Of a DNA stretch of 64,000 nt, positions 19,469 to 28,700 are shown in pieces (position 1 is the first letter of the stretch; the number at the start of each line of letters is the position of its first letter). Made by a program: the position numbers and the translations under genes. The notes under the pieces are model-generated. The model searched no databases. It saw only the letters and a program-made list of their open reading frames with translations, and was not told the origin of the DNA. Source of the DNA: an uncultured Planctomycetia bacterium (GTDB lineage Bacteria > Planctomycetota > Planctomycetia > Pirellulales > PALSA-1355); NCBI GenBank assembly GCA_963801675.1, contig CAWDFN010000001.1:1989811-2053810 (forward strand), in the 5' to 3' direction.

Positions 19469-20989
19469 CTATTTTGCGTTGAGAAACGCGGCGCTACGCC
19501 GCGCGGCGCTTGTCGACGGCGCGCCCGAGCGAATGCGAATCGAGCGGGCGCGCGTCGACGCGTCGCCACGCTTCAAGTCGACCATTTGATTCAGATTGCC
19601 GCGCACGGCAACGGCCCGGAATTGTCCGTCTTGCAGCGCCACGTCCATCGGCATGCCGTACTTCGGCGCCAACGTGACGTGCGTCGTGCGATCGATCCGG
19701 CTTCGCGGAACCGGCGTCAACCGGAATCGTCTGCCAATCATCGCCACCATCATTTTGATGGTGACCATTCCCAAGGTCTTGGCGATGCAGGTGCGCGGCC
19801 CGGCGCTGAACGGAAGATAGGCGTGGCTGTCGGGATCGATGTCGAACCAGCGCTCGGGACGAAATTGCTCGGGCTGGGGAAACACCTTCGGATCACGGTG
19901 CGTCGAATAAATGCTCAACACGACGTAGTCGCGAGGATGAACAGCCAGGCCGCCCAATTGGGCTTCAGCCCGCACGCGCTTCGCGATCCAAGGCACCGGC
20001 GGAAGCAGCCGCATGCTTTCGTTGACGACCGCGTCCAACAGCGGCAACTCGTCCAATTCCTCGATCGTCGGAGTCTGGTCGCCGCAGCGGTCTACGAGCT
20101 CTTCGAGCAGCTCGGCCATGATGCGCGGATGCTGAGCGAGCAGAAAGATCGACCAGATCACGGCCTTGGCCGTCGTTTCATGGCTGGCGCCGAACAGCAG
20201 GACCAACTGCCCCACCAGATCCTCGCGCGACATGCGTTCGGGGTTTTCGCGATGCACGCTGATCAGCCGATCGAGCAGGTGCGTCGAGTTTTCGGCGGCC
20301 GGCTTTCGCTTTTCGATCATCTCGAGCATTTGGCTTTCGAGCCGCTCGGCCCCCTTGAGCAACCGCCAATAGGGCGTGCCGGGCAGATTCACGGGAAACA
20401 GCCAGACGCTTTGTGAAAATCCCTGCTTGAGCAAGTCGGCGGTCATCTCGGCCAGGCGAATCGCCTCGGCCAGATCCTCGCCGGCCAGCAGATTCTGTGC
20501 GGAGATCAAAAGCGAGATGCGGCTGATGCGCTCGCTGACGTCGATGGTCTGGCCGACCGGCCAGGCGTCGAGCTGAGCGCGCACGACTTCGGTCATCTGT
20601 GGGTAGTGTTGGCGGGCGGCCTTGGGCATGAACAGTGGCGCGACCATCCGCCGCTTTTCGCGATGTTCTTCGCCGTTGAGGCCGACCAATCCCTTACGCA
20701 GCCGATTTTGTGCCGAGCCGCGCGGACCGCGAATCGAAAAACCGCCCGACTGATACGTTTCGGTGTCGCCCAGCACTTGTCGGTTCAGTTCGGCGCCGGA
20801 AACGATCACGCACTGCGGCACGCGCTGGCGCCACGGCATTCGCTCGCGTAACACGAGCATCGGGCCATACTGCCGGTGAATGTCAGCCAGCGTGCCCACC
20901 TGATCGCGAAAAAACGCCAGGTAGCGCTTCCAGGCCGCCATTCCGTCGAGCACCGGCGGCGCGCCAGTCGTCGGTGAAGATACTCGCAC
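19469..20989 (-). CDS. cytochrome P450
   Basis: FSAGPRTCIAKTLG heme-thiolate loop and ESMRL (ExxR). The start codon is uncertain. Confidence 0.9.
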   Translation of the reverse strand: MRVSSPTTGAPPVLDGMAAWKRYLAFFRDQVGTLADIHRQYGPMLVLRERMPWRQRVPQCVIVSGAELNRQVLGDTETYQSGGFSIRGPRGSAQNRLRKGLVGLNGEEHREKRRMVAPLFMPKAARQHYPQMTEVVRAQLDAWPVGQTIDVSERISRISLLISAQNLLAGEDLAEAIRLAEMTADLLKQGFSQSVWLFPVNLPGTPYWRLLKGAERLESQMLEMIEKRKPAAENSTHLLDRLISVHRENPERMSREDLVGQLVLLFGASHETTAKAVIWSIFLLAQHPRIMAELLEELVDRCGDQTPTIEELDELPLLDAVVNESMRLLPPVPWIAKRVRAEAQLGGLAVHPRDYVVLSIYSTHRDPKVFPQPEQFRPERWFDIDPDSHAYLPFSAGPRTCIAKTLGMVTIKMMVAMIGRRFRLTPVPRSRIDRTTHVTLAPKYGMPMDVALQDGQFRAVAVRGNLNQMVDLKRGDASTRARSIRIRSGAPSTSAARRSAAFLNAK

Positions 20990-21186
20990 GGCATGGTCCT
21001 TGGAACGATACGATCCTCATGATGGGCCCTTTCCATTTGATCGGCATAAACCTTACAAATCGTTCGCATCGCCAGGAATAAACTTCTCTAACGGCTGACG
21101 GGCGAGATTGGGTAAGATACTCATACGACTCATGGGAGCCAGCGGGGTCGATTCGCAGTCTGGTCAATCGGAAAGGACGCCCGAGA

Positions 21187-21666
21187 ATGCCCATGTTACG
21201 GCCGTGGATGGTTTGGGTGTTGCGAATTGCTGGCACATACAACATTCTGGCCGGCGTCGGGCTGCTGGTCGGATATCACGAGGTGTACCAGATGTTCAAT
21301 GCGCCCAAACCGGCGCTTGTGCTGCCGATGCAGATGCTGGGCGTAATGATGGCCCTGTTCGGCGTCGGCTTTCACCTGGCGGCCAGCTATCCGGCCCAAA
21401 ATCGGCATTTGCTGCTGCTGGGCTTTTGGAGCAAGTTGCTGGGGTTCGTCCTGGCCAGCTACACCGTGGCGCGCGGCCAGTTAGGGCCCGAATTCTTCGT
21501 GGTCGTGATCTTCGCCGACCTGGTCTACGTGCCGACGTTGTGGCTCATCCTGCGCCATCTGCGCGGTGGAACGCGGGCAATGACCGTGCCAGAAGATTAC
21601 ACGACTTTCGCCAGTTCGCCCCGCATGGCCTCGAACACGCTGTCCCAGTCCCCACGCGTCGGCTGA
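21187..21666 (+). CDS. hypothetical integral membrane protein
   Basis: 159 aa with four hydrophobic helices. Its 3' end overlaps the convergent gene 21597..23954 by about 70 nt. Confidence 0.45.
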   Translation: MPMLRPWMVWVLRIAGTYNILAGVGLLVGYHEVYQMFNAPKPALVLPMQMLGVMMALFGVGFHLAASYPAQNRHLLLLGFWSKLLGFVLASYTVARGQLGPEFFVVVIFADLVYVPTLWLILRHLRGGTRAMTVPEDYTTFASSPRMASNTLSQSPRVG

Positions 21667-23954
21667 CGGAACAGACGCATCGTCGGGTACCAGGGGCTGT
21701 CATTCCGTTCGAGCATCCAGCGCCAGTCGGGCACCTGCGCAAGGGCTACCCAGACTGGCACGCCCAGCGCGCCGGCCAGATGGGCTGGTGCCGAGTCGCA
21801 GGTGATCACCAGATCGAGGTTGCGCATGATGGCCGCGGTATTGTGGAAATCACCGAGTCGGTCGCCGAAGTCGACGATCGGCTGGCCGCACCAATCGGCC
21901 AATTGTTCCCGTCCGGCTCCCATCTGCAGACAAACCAAGCGAACGCCCCTCGTAGCGGCGATCCCGGCAAACTTGACCAACGGAAAAGAACGCGCACGAT
22001 CGGAGGATTGGGTCGGGGTGCCTTGCCATGCGATCCCAATCTTAAAGAGCGGCTCGCCGCTCAGCTCATCCTTCCATTGCTCGATCGACGGCTGGTCGGG
22101 CCGCAGATAAGAAACTCGAGCCGGGATCGTTTCGAGCGACGTGGCAAAAATGCCCGGCAGGTTGAGCATGGTGGTCCAAAGATCGAATTGCGGCAGCGGC
22201 TCCCCCCGCGACAGCACGCCGTCGACGCCCGGGCAACTGGCCAGCAGGCGCGCCAACGGGGGTTTGCACTCGACGATGACCCGAGCCCCGAGTTGCTTGA
22301 CCCACTCGGCGTAACGCACAAATTGCAGCGTGTCTCCGAACCCCTGTTCGCTGTGCAGCAAGATGGTGCGTCCGGCGAGCGGACCGCCGGTCCATTGGGG
22401 CTGTGGCAGGGGCAGTTGCACCACGCCGTCGCGTTTCCAGCGCCATTCATATTCCCGCCAGCCTTCGGTCAGTCGTCCCGTCAACAGGAGCATTACGGCA
22501 AGCTTGTAATGGGCCTCGGCATCGTTGGCATCGATCGCCACCGCGCGACGACAGCAGGCGATCGCGTCATCTGGCTTTGCCTGGCTTGCGTAGACGGTAC
22601 CCAAGTTGTGGTGTGTGCTCGAATCATTCGGATTCAGCTCCAGCGCCCGCTGAAAGGACGCGGCCGCCGCGTCGAGCGCTCCCTGATTGTTGAGCACCGC
22701 ACCGAGTATGGCATGTGCATGGGCATCGCTGGGGCTCAGTTCCACGGCCCGCCGGCAACAGGCAATGGCGTCGTCCAGTTGGCCCTGGTTCGCCAGTACG
22801 CTGCCCAGCATTTGGTGCGCTTTGGCAAAGTCGGGCCGCAGGCTTACCGCCCGCCGCAAACAGGCCGCGGCCTCGTCCAAGTTGCCGCTCTGTCCTAGTG
22901 CCGACCCAAGATGGTACTGCGCCTTGACATGATCTGGATCGAGCCGGATCGCTTGCGTCAGGCTCGCAATGGCTTCGTCCAGTTTGCCCAGGCCGCTGCA
23001 TGCCAGGCCCAGCAGAAACCAGGCTTCCACATGGTTTGAATCGACCGCGAGCACCACCCGGTAAAGCCACTCAGCCGCTTCCAAGTCACCGCCCAAGTGA
23101 GCGGCCTTGGCCTGGGCAAGAGTTTCAGCGATGGTGGGCACAAGAATTCCAGCGCGATGACGGAACTTCAAGGACAACCGCCAGTGTAAAACAAGACGGT
23201 TGAGCGACAAAATATCCAATCGCGCAGGAGCACGATCGACTCGCGCGTAATACGCGCCGCGAACGGCCCGGCCCTCGGCGTCGGACATGCGGCGAACGTT
23301 GCCCAACCCCATGCCTACCAGCACCGACTTGGGAATCGAACCGGCCGTGGGCACGTCCTCGATCGCCGGTGTGGGGCCGAAGAATCTCGGGGCCAGGAAC
23401 ATCGGGTAGACGTGGTTTTCGTAGGGCGAGCGGCCCCAAGTGTTGTAGCCGGTGAACCACCAGAACGGCCAATTCGCCGCGATACCCCACAATTCATAAT
23501 TCGGCACCAGCACGTTCCCCGGGAAGTAAACCGCGCTGCCGACAAGACCACGATTCGAGATCAAGCTGCCTGCGCCGGCGACGCCGACCAATGTGAAGCC
23601 GTGCGTAACAAAACTTCGCGCCACCACATCGCGTTGGGCAGCACTCGGTGCGGTCGCGCTTGTGTGAGCAAACGCAGGCACTATGGCCGCTCGCTCGTAG
23701 TGCCGATAGATATGGCTCGCTCCGCCGGCGTGCGACGGACCGATCGCCGAAACGTGAAATCCGCCGCCAAAGCCAGCCGCGCCCAACCCAACGCCGCCGG
23801 GCCCGTGTGCGAAAGCGGCCGAAACGCACAACACAATCATTGCGGCAGCCAGCGTCGGGCGAAACCATCGAGCGTCAGGTCTCATATTTGCCCCTCGATG
23901 AAAACGGCGCAACTTCATGCCGTGCACGGTGCACGCACGATTCTGGCCGATCAT
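21597..23954 (-). CDS. TPR-repeat protein with C-terminal glycosyltransferase family 9-like domain and an unusual ~290-aa N-terminal extension
   Basis: At least six TPR units are present (AWFLLGLAC, AQYHLGSAL, AHQMLGSVL, AHAILGAVL, THHNLGTVY, AHYKLAVML). GT9-like GDTLQFVRY and ITCDSAPAHLAGALGVPVWV follow. Confidence 0.7.
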   Translation of the reverse strand: MIGQNRACTVHGMKLRRFHRGANMRPDARWFRPTLAAAMIVLCVSAAFAHGPGGVGLGAAGFGGGFHVSAIGPSHAGGASHIYRHYERAAIVPAFAHTSATAPSAAQRDVVARSFVTHGFTLVGVAGAGSLISNRGLVGSAVYFPGNVLVPNYELWGIAANWPFWWFTGYNTWGRSPYENHVYPMFLAPRFFGPTPAIEDVPTAGSIPKSVLVGMGLGNVRRMSDAEGRAVRGAYYARVDRAPARLDILSLNRLVLHWRLSLKFRHRAGILVPTIAETLAQAKAAHLGGDLEAAEWLYRVVLAVDSNHVEAWFLLGLACSGLGKLDEAIASLTQAIRLDPDHVKAQYHLGSALGQSGNLDEAAACLRRAVSLRPDFAKAHQMLGSVLANQGQLDDAIACCRRAVELSPSDAHAHAILGAVLNNQGALDAAAASFQRALELNPNDSSTHHNLGTVYASQAKPDDAIACCRRAVAIDANDAEAHYKLAVMLLLTGRLTEGWREYEWRWKRDGVVQLPLPQPQWTGGPLAGRTILLHSEQGFGDTLQFVRYAEWVKQLGARVIVECKPPLARLLASCPGVDGVLSRGEPLPQFDLWTTMLNLPGIFATSLETIPARVSYLRPDQPSIEQWKDELSGEPLFKIGIAWQGTPTQSSDRARSFPLVKFAGIAATRGVRLVCLQMGAGREQLADWCGQPIVDFGDRLGDFHNTAAIMRNLDLVITCDSAPAHLAGALGVPVWVALAQVPDWRWMLERNDSPWYPTMRLFRQPTRGDWDSVFEAMRGELAKVV

Positions 23955-24111
23955 TCTAAGGGCAAGGTAATCCCCGCATCAAAGAAATGTTCCCGGGCGT
24001 GAAGCCGGAGAGCTCGCTGGCCGAGCCGCAATCAACGAAAATGCGCAAATGGCGCAAACAGGGCAAAGATCCGCAGGTGTTTTGGGGTTCCGCCGGCCGA
24101 CTTCGCGCGGC

Positions 24112-24810
24112 TCACCGCGCGTGTCCCACTAGCGCCGTCGGATCATAGTTCGGGATGCGGACACAGAGAATGTCGGCCCGAGCGAGCTGTTGGCGGTCGT
24201 AGTGGGTTTCTTGGCGAGTCGTGGTCGTGGGGCGGAAGCTGAGCAGCTTCGGGGGAACCGGGACCGAGACTTTTTTCGGCACCGAGAGCGTCAGACTCCC
24301 GTCCTTGACGGCTTCCAATCCACCCAGGCGGCGCACCACTTTGTCGGCCACCGCCAGTTCGACCGCGCAAGTCGTCTGCGCGGGCGGGGCCTCGGCCAGC
24401 GTCGGAATGACCGGCGGCGGGCTCGCCGCCGGGGTTCGCTTTTCGACCGTGGCCGCCTCGCGCGGAATCCACAGGAATTCGTCGGACTGCCCCACGCTCG
24501 ACTTGGTGAATGCGTGGCCCAGCACGGGAATCTTGGCCAGCACGGGCACACCGTACTCGCGACGATTCTCGGCGACGCTGCGTAGCACAAGCCAGCGATC
24601 GTTGAGTTTGACCAGGTTCCCGGTGAACCGCTGCACGGCGCCGTGGCGCTCGGCGCGAATCGTGTAGCCGTCGCCCACGACCAGTCCCAGCGCACTGCCC
24701 GATGCCGCGGTCTCAGACAGGTTCTGACCGCCGGCCCTCGTCGGGAGAGCCGCCGAGACAGCCGCCAAGATCACCGCGACCGACCACCCATGAATTCGAC
24801 TTGCGCGCAT
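24112..24810 (-). CDS. hypothetical secreted protein
   Basis: 232 aa with a signal peptide (SVAVILAAVSAALPTRAGG). It contains VPVLAKIPVLGHAF, reminiscent of a secretin C-terminal motif, but the protein is far too short to be a secretin. Confidence 0.45.
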   Translation of the reverse strand: MRASRIHGWSVAVILAAVSAALPTRAGGQNLSETAASGSALGLVVGDGYTIRAERHGAVQRFTGNLVKLNDRWLVLRSVAENRREYGVPVLAKIPVLGHAFTKSSVGQSDEFLWIPREAATVEKRTPAASPPPVIPTLAEAPPAQTTCAVELAVADKVVRRLGGLEAVKDGSLTLSVPKKVSVPVPPKLLSFRPTTTTRQETHYDRQQLARADILCVRIPNYDPTALVGHAR

Positions 24811-24954
24811 GGTTTAGCATCCTGCGAGTGCCGCAAAGGACGAGAAGGGGCGGAATCTATAGAGCAAACCCCAGCGGCTCGCAAGATCAGTCGTGGCAGC
24901 ATATCACATGCCTGCGTTGACTGCGCAACAGCAATGAGCCAGTGCAAGCAAGCG

Positions 24955-25086
24955 GGTTTTGGGGTGGCACCGACAACTCGTTGTCGGTGTTGCGAAGCAA
25001 TAAGAGGCAATCGAGGAACGCCGTCTCAACTCGTCGGACCCTCTTGTCCCATCGGGACCCAGACAACAAGCTGTCTGGGCCACCCG
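24955..25086 (+). repeat. MITE-like palindromic repeat, copy 1
   Basis: It starts GGGGTGGCACCGACAACTCGTTGTCGGTG and ends CCCAGACAACAAGCTGTCTGGGCCACCC. Each terminus is itself a palindrome, and the two termini are inverted repeats of each other. Confidence 0.8.
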
Positions 25087-25096
25087 ATAACGGCGG

Positions 25097-25306
25097 TCAA
25101 TTCGTGCCGGTGCCATTGGCGCCCGGGGTTTCGGCGGCCGGATTCAGGGCGGGTCCGGCCGGGCTGTCGGTGCCGGTCGGACCGGCATCATCGCCGCCCG
25201 GAGCGGTCGAAGTGCTGGGGTTGCCCACGCCTTCGGCGCCGGGGTTGCAGCCGGCCAGGCCAAGCACCGCGACGCCGACGCCAACCAAGAACAGCAGGTT
25301 TTTCAT
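25097..25306 (-). CDS. small lipoprotein (low-complexity Gly/Pro/Thr-rich)
   Basis: 69 aa. MKNLLFLVGVGVAVLGLAGC has a lipobox. Confidence 0.45.
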   Translation of the reverse strand: MKNLLFLVGVGVAVLGLAGCNPGAEGVGNPSTSTAPGGDDAGPTGTDSPAGPALNPAAETPGANGTGTN

Positions 25307-25389
25307 GCATTACATCCTGTTTTGTGTTTTTATAGATTGCCCGTGGCGCCACCACGATGCACCGGGGCCCCGCTACTGAGAACAGAGGT

Positions 25390-25881
25390 TTAGAACAGCG
25401 GCGGACGTCCCAACTTGCGGCGAACGATCGCCCATTGTCCGGCGTGCATCACCCAGTGCGTTCCCTGCATCACGAATACGTCGCTGGTGTTCTTCAAGAA
25501 ACTCCGCAGCGACTCAGGCGCCGGCTGGTCCAGCTCGGCGTCGCTCATCGTCTCCAGCACGGCCAGCGTCCCGGCCCGCTGCTGGTTCATCGCCTCGACA
25601 TATTGGGCCTTGGTGAAAAAGTCCTTCGGGTCGTCGCTCTTGGCGGTGTCCTTTTTGTGCTTGGCGCGAAAGCCGGCGGGCAGTTCGGGCATCGACTTGG
25701 GCCGAACCGATTCCATCATGTCGTGCTCCGCGGCAATCAGATGCCCCAGCTGCCAGGCGATGTGATTGGTCCCGCTCACCGGCCGCACGAACAAATCGGC
25801 GTCGGACAAATCGCCCAAGTACGCGTCCACAATTTTTTGTCCGGAGACGATTCCGGCCCTCAGCGCTCGACGACTGTCCAT
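25390..25881 (-). CDS. DinB-family protein
   Basis: The internal Met (MDSRRALRAG) of ORF 25390..25980 starts the protein. HIAWQLGHLIAAEH and THWVMHAGQ are DinB-like His motifs. Confidence 0.75.
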   Translation of the reverse strand: MDSRRALRAGIVSGQKIVDAYLGDLSDADLFVRPVSGTNHIAWQLGHLIAAEHDMMESVRPKSMPELPAGFRAKHKKDTAKSDDPKDFFTKAQYVEAMNQQRAGTLAVLETMSDAELDQPAPESLRSFLKNTSDVFVMQGTHWVMHAGQWAIVRRKLGRPPLF

Positions 25882-26036
25882 GGCACAACTCCTTTCGATC
25901 CCCCCTGGAAACGCATCCCCGCGGAACGCATCGCTTCGATTGTAGGGGCGCGACGGCAGCGTGTCACGAGCCAACGCCAAGCGAGAAGCGCCAAATCGCC
26001 GATCAGGCCTGCCGCGGAAGCGCCGGGAAGGGGGGG

Positions 26037-26552
26037 CTAGATGACGCGGCGTCGACGCCCAAAGACCAGAAAATAAATCAACGCCAGGACCGCCATGACC
26101 ATGGCCGTCGGCTCGGGCACGGCATTGAAGGGGCCCGATTTGTGGTCCTGCGCGTGAGCGGGAATTTCATCCCTGCCTCCCACATGGGCACCGCCGACGG
26201 TGCCGGTGACCGAGCTCGCCCAGGGTGTCGAGCGTGCCGATGTTTGCGGGTGAGTTTCTGACGAATGGGATGCCGCAGGTGGAAAAACGGCCGCGTCGAA
26301 CGCCGCGGCGTCGAATGCCCCCGCGCCGAATGTCGCGGCGTCAAACGGCGCTGTGTCGCCCGACGCTGCATCGCCTGTCGATGCGTCGGCCGAGCCTGCA
26401 TCGGAAGCCGGCGCCTGCGAAAACAGGTCGACCTCTGCCGCCGCCGACGGACCGGCCAGCAGGTCGTCGATCGCGTCCAGCGCAACCGCAAGCGGCGATT
26501 GCCACACGACCAGCGCAAGTGTGCACAATGTAGTGAACAAAGTCGACTTCAT
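26037..26552 (-). CDS. PEP-CTERM sorting-domain protein
   Basis: The internal Met gives the signal MKSTLFTTLCTLALVVWQSPLAVA. The C-terminus is VPEPTAMVMAVLALIYFLVFGRRRR. Confidence 0.7.
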   Translation of the reverse strand: MKSTLFTTLCTLALVVWQSPLAVALDAIDDLLAGPSAAAEVDLFSQAPASDAGSADASTGDAASGDTAPFDAATFGAGAFDAAAFDAAVFPPAASHSSETHPQTSARSTPWASSVTGTVGGAHVGGRDEIPAHAQDHKSGPFNAVPEPTAMVMAVLALIYFLVFGRRRRVI

Positions 26553-26755
26553 TTGCATCCCTCTCGCCGTCGGGCCAGTTCCATGACCCGACACGCCGCC
26601 TCGCTGTTCCGAGAGAGCGCCTGGTAAAATCGCTTTCCGCATTATGCCATACCATCGAGTTCTTACAAGGAAAAAACTGAGGATTCTTGCCAATATTCCT
26701 GGTTAGCAGCCAATCCCCAACAAGGGAGGGGCCGTGGCGGCAAGATTCGCAACGG

Positions 26756-28318
26756 TCATGCCAGAAGTTCGGTCACGACGCGGCCCTCGCCCGCCACCGG
26801 CAGCGGACGGCCCAGCCGGTCGTGAATCATTGTCTGCGGGTTGATTCCCAGCAGGTGGTACATCGTGGCCAGGATGTCCTTGGGCGAGACGGGCGTGTCG
26901 ACCACTTCACTGGCCGTTCGATCGGTGCGGCCCACCACGCGGCCCCGCGCGATGCCGCCGCCGGCCAAGGCCGAGCAGTAGGCCCGCGACCAATGGTCGC
27001 GCCCGCCGCCCTGCGCGCTTTTGATCTTCGGCGTCCGCCCATGCTCGGTGATGCACACCACCAGCGTCTCATCCAGCAGGCCGCGCTCTTCGAGATCGAG
27101 CACCAGCGTGCTGAAGGCCGCGTCGAAGCCCGGGCAAAGCTGTTCCTTCATCAGCGAGTAATGATAAAAGTGCGTGTCCCAGGCGCTGTTGACCAGGCCG
27201 AACTCGTCCCAGAACACGCTCACCAACTTGGCTCCCGCCTCGACCAGCCGCCGGGCGACCAGCGACGACTGGCCGAAAAGCGTCGTGCCGTATCGCTGGC
27301 GCACCCGCTCGGGCTCGCGATGCACGTCGAGCGCAGCGCGCATCTCGGTGCTGGTCAACAGCGACATGGCCAACTCCTGATAGCGGTCGAAGCTTTGCGT
27401 GCGGTCGTTACCCCGCCCAGAGCGCGCCTCGTCGAATTGTGCCAGCAGGCTGCGGCGCCGGTTGAGCCGGTCGAGCGTGATCTCGTCGGGCAGCTGGGCT
27501 GCCGACAGATCGAAGCGATAGCCGCTCTTCAGCGGCCCGTAGGGATCGAAGCAGGTGATCGTGTCGGGCCCGAACGTGTAGGTCGACTTGCGCGACCCCT
27601 CGCCGTGAAAGTCGGTGCACACCGGGTCGTACGCGGCGCCGAGAAACGCGCCGAACGGTCCGGCGTTGTCGCCCGCCGCGTATTGCCGCCGCGAGCTCAG
27701 CCGCCAGGGCAGGCACACATTGCGCGGAATTTTCGCCGCCGGCGCGTGCGGGTCGTGCTGGGCCATGTAATCGACCACCGAGCCGATGAACGGCCAATGC
27801 CGTGGATCGCGCGGGTTCATCTGCATCGGCACGTCGATCTGCGGATTCGACGTCACCGAGTAAGCCACCGCGTGCAGCGGAAACGGATGCGTCATCGAAC
27901 GCACGATCGTCGTGCGGTCGAGCATCCGCGCCATGCGCGGCAGCAGCTCGCCGATCTGCACGCCAGGGATCGCCGTGGAAGTGGCTCCCAAGTCGCCGCG
28001 AATCTCGCGCGGCGCGTCGGGCTTGACGTCGAACGTCTCCAGTTGACTGGCCGCGCCGTAAAGATAAAGCAGAATGCACGACTTGGCCCGGCCGAACGAG
28101 CGAGCCAGCGCCGCGTTCTGCTCGGCGGCTTGCGCCGCATGCTGCATGCGAAACAGATCCGGCAACGCCAGCCCAATCGCCCCCAGCGAGCCCGCCTGAA
28201 GCAGATCCCGCCGGCTCATCGAGCCGTGCGATTGCCGATAAGATCCGAGCACGCGCAGCATGAAAAGGAATTCTCCCGGAATGTCGACCCACTCCCGGAA
28301 TGTCGACCCATGAATCAT
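26756..28318 (-). CDS. DUF1501 (sulfatase-fold) protein with twin-arginine-like signal
   Basis: SRRDLLQAGSLGAIGLAL opens the protein, and DUF1501 conservation runs over its length (GRTPKIK...GGRDHW). The start codon is uncertain. Confidence 0.85.
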   Translation of the reverse strand: MIHGSTFREWVDIPGEFLFMLRVLGSYRQSHGSMSRRDLLQAGSLGAIGLALPDLFRMQHAAQAAEQNAALARSFGRAKSCILLYLYGAASQLETFDVKPDAPREIRGDLGATSTAIPGVQIGELLPRMARMLDRTTIVRSMTHPFPLHAVAYSVTSNPQIDVPMQMNPRDPRHWPFIGSVVDYMAQHDPHAPAAKIPRNVCLPWRLSSRRQYAAGDNAGPFGAFLGAAYDPVCTDFHGEGSRKSTYTFGPDTITCFDPYGPLKSGYRFDLSAAQLPDEITLDRLNRRRSLLAQFDEARSGRGNDRTQSFDRYQELAMSLLTSTEMRAALDVHREPERVRQRYGTTLFGQSSLVARRLVEAGAKLVSVFWDEFGLVNSAWDTHFYHYSLMKEQLCPGFDAAFSTLVLDLEERGLLDETLVVCITEHGRTPKIKSAQGGGRDHWSRAYCSALAGGGIARGRVVGRTDRTASEVVDTPVSPKDILATMYHLLGINPQTMIHDRLGRPLPVAGEGRVVTELLA

Positions 28319-28390
28319 ATCCGCGCGCGGGCGTCCACACTACTGAATTCTAACTGCGGAGCGAGGTAGCGTGCACGACTCAGCCTCGTT

Positions 28391-28624
28391 TCATTTCGGC
28401 GTATCGTACGAATCCATTTCGGGATCGTTCCAGTCATCCTGCATGACCTTCGCCGTGTTGCCGCGCATGTCCGCGGGGTTCAAATCGTCCGAGTCGACGA
28501 CTTGCTTCAGCCGCTCGTAGAGCTCCGCTCGCATGACGATATAATGCTCGCCCTCGTCGACAATCTCAACGGGACCGCCGTGGGCAGCCTCAATCGCAGC
28601 TTTGATTTCGGAAGGCATGTTCAT
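28391..28624 (-). CDS. orphan antitoxin-like protein (third paralog of the MazF-partner antitoxin)
   Basis: 77 aa. MNMPSEIKAAIEAAHGGPVEIVDEGEHYIVMRAELYERL closely matches 12310..12561. The C-terminus is degenerate (DWNDPEMDSYD). No toxin ORF lies downstream. Confidence 0.6.
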   Translation of the reverse strand: MNMPSEIKAAIEAAHGGPVEIVDEGEHYIVMRAELYERLKQVVDSDDLNPADMRGNTAKVMQDDWNDPEMDSYDTPK

Positions 28625-28700
28625 ACTTCAATCATACCTCGGGCGGCGGGCACGCGGCAACTTGAGTTCGCCGCCCGATTGCCGCCGCGTACGTCGTCGC

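Noticed and set aside
21597-21666. A 70-nt 3' overlap of the convergent genes 21187..21666 and 21597..23954.
   Set aside because: This is plausibly just an over-long C-terminus of the weakly supported membrane ORF in GC-rich sequence. There is no evidence of functional antisense regulation.
21108-22898. Very long ORFs antisense to well-supported genes. Examples are 21108..22898, 26687..28369, 14026..15300, 53740..54822, 57342..58838, 45339..46232, 41308..42003, 60026..60658 and the 5' two-thirds of 37091..39520.
   Set aside because: They are Arg/Gly/Ala/Pro-rich low-complexity translations typical of the reverse strand of high-GC genes. None has a recognisable motif, and each overlaps a gene with clear family signatures.
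24112-24810. VPVLAKIPVLGHAF in a 232-aa secreted protein resembles the conserved C-terminal motif of secretins.
   Set aside because: The protein is several-fold too short and lacks the secretin beta-domain. The similarity is confined to a dozen residues.
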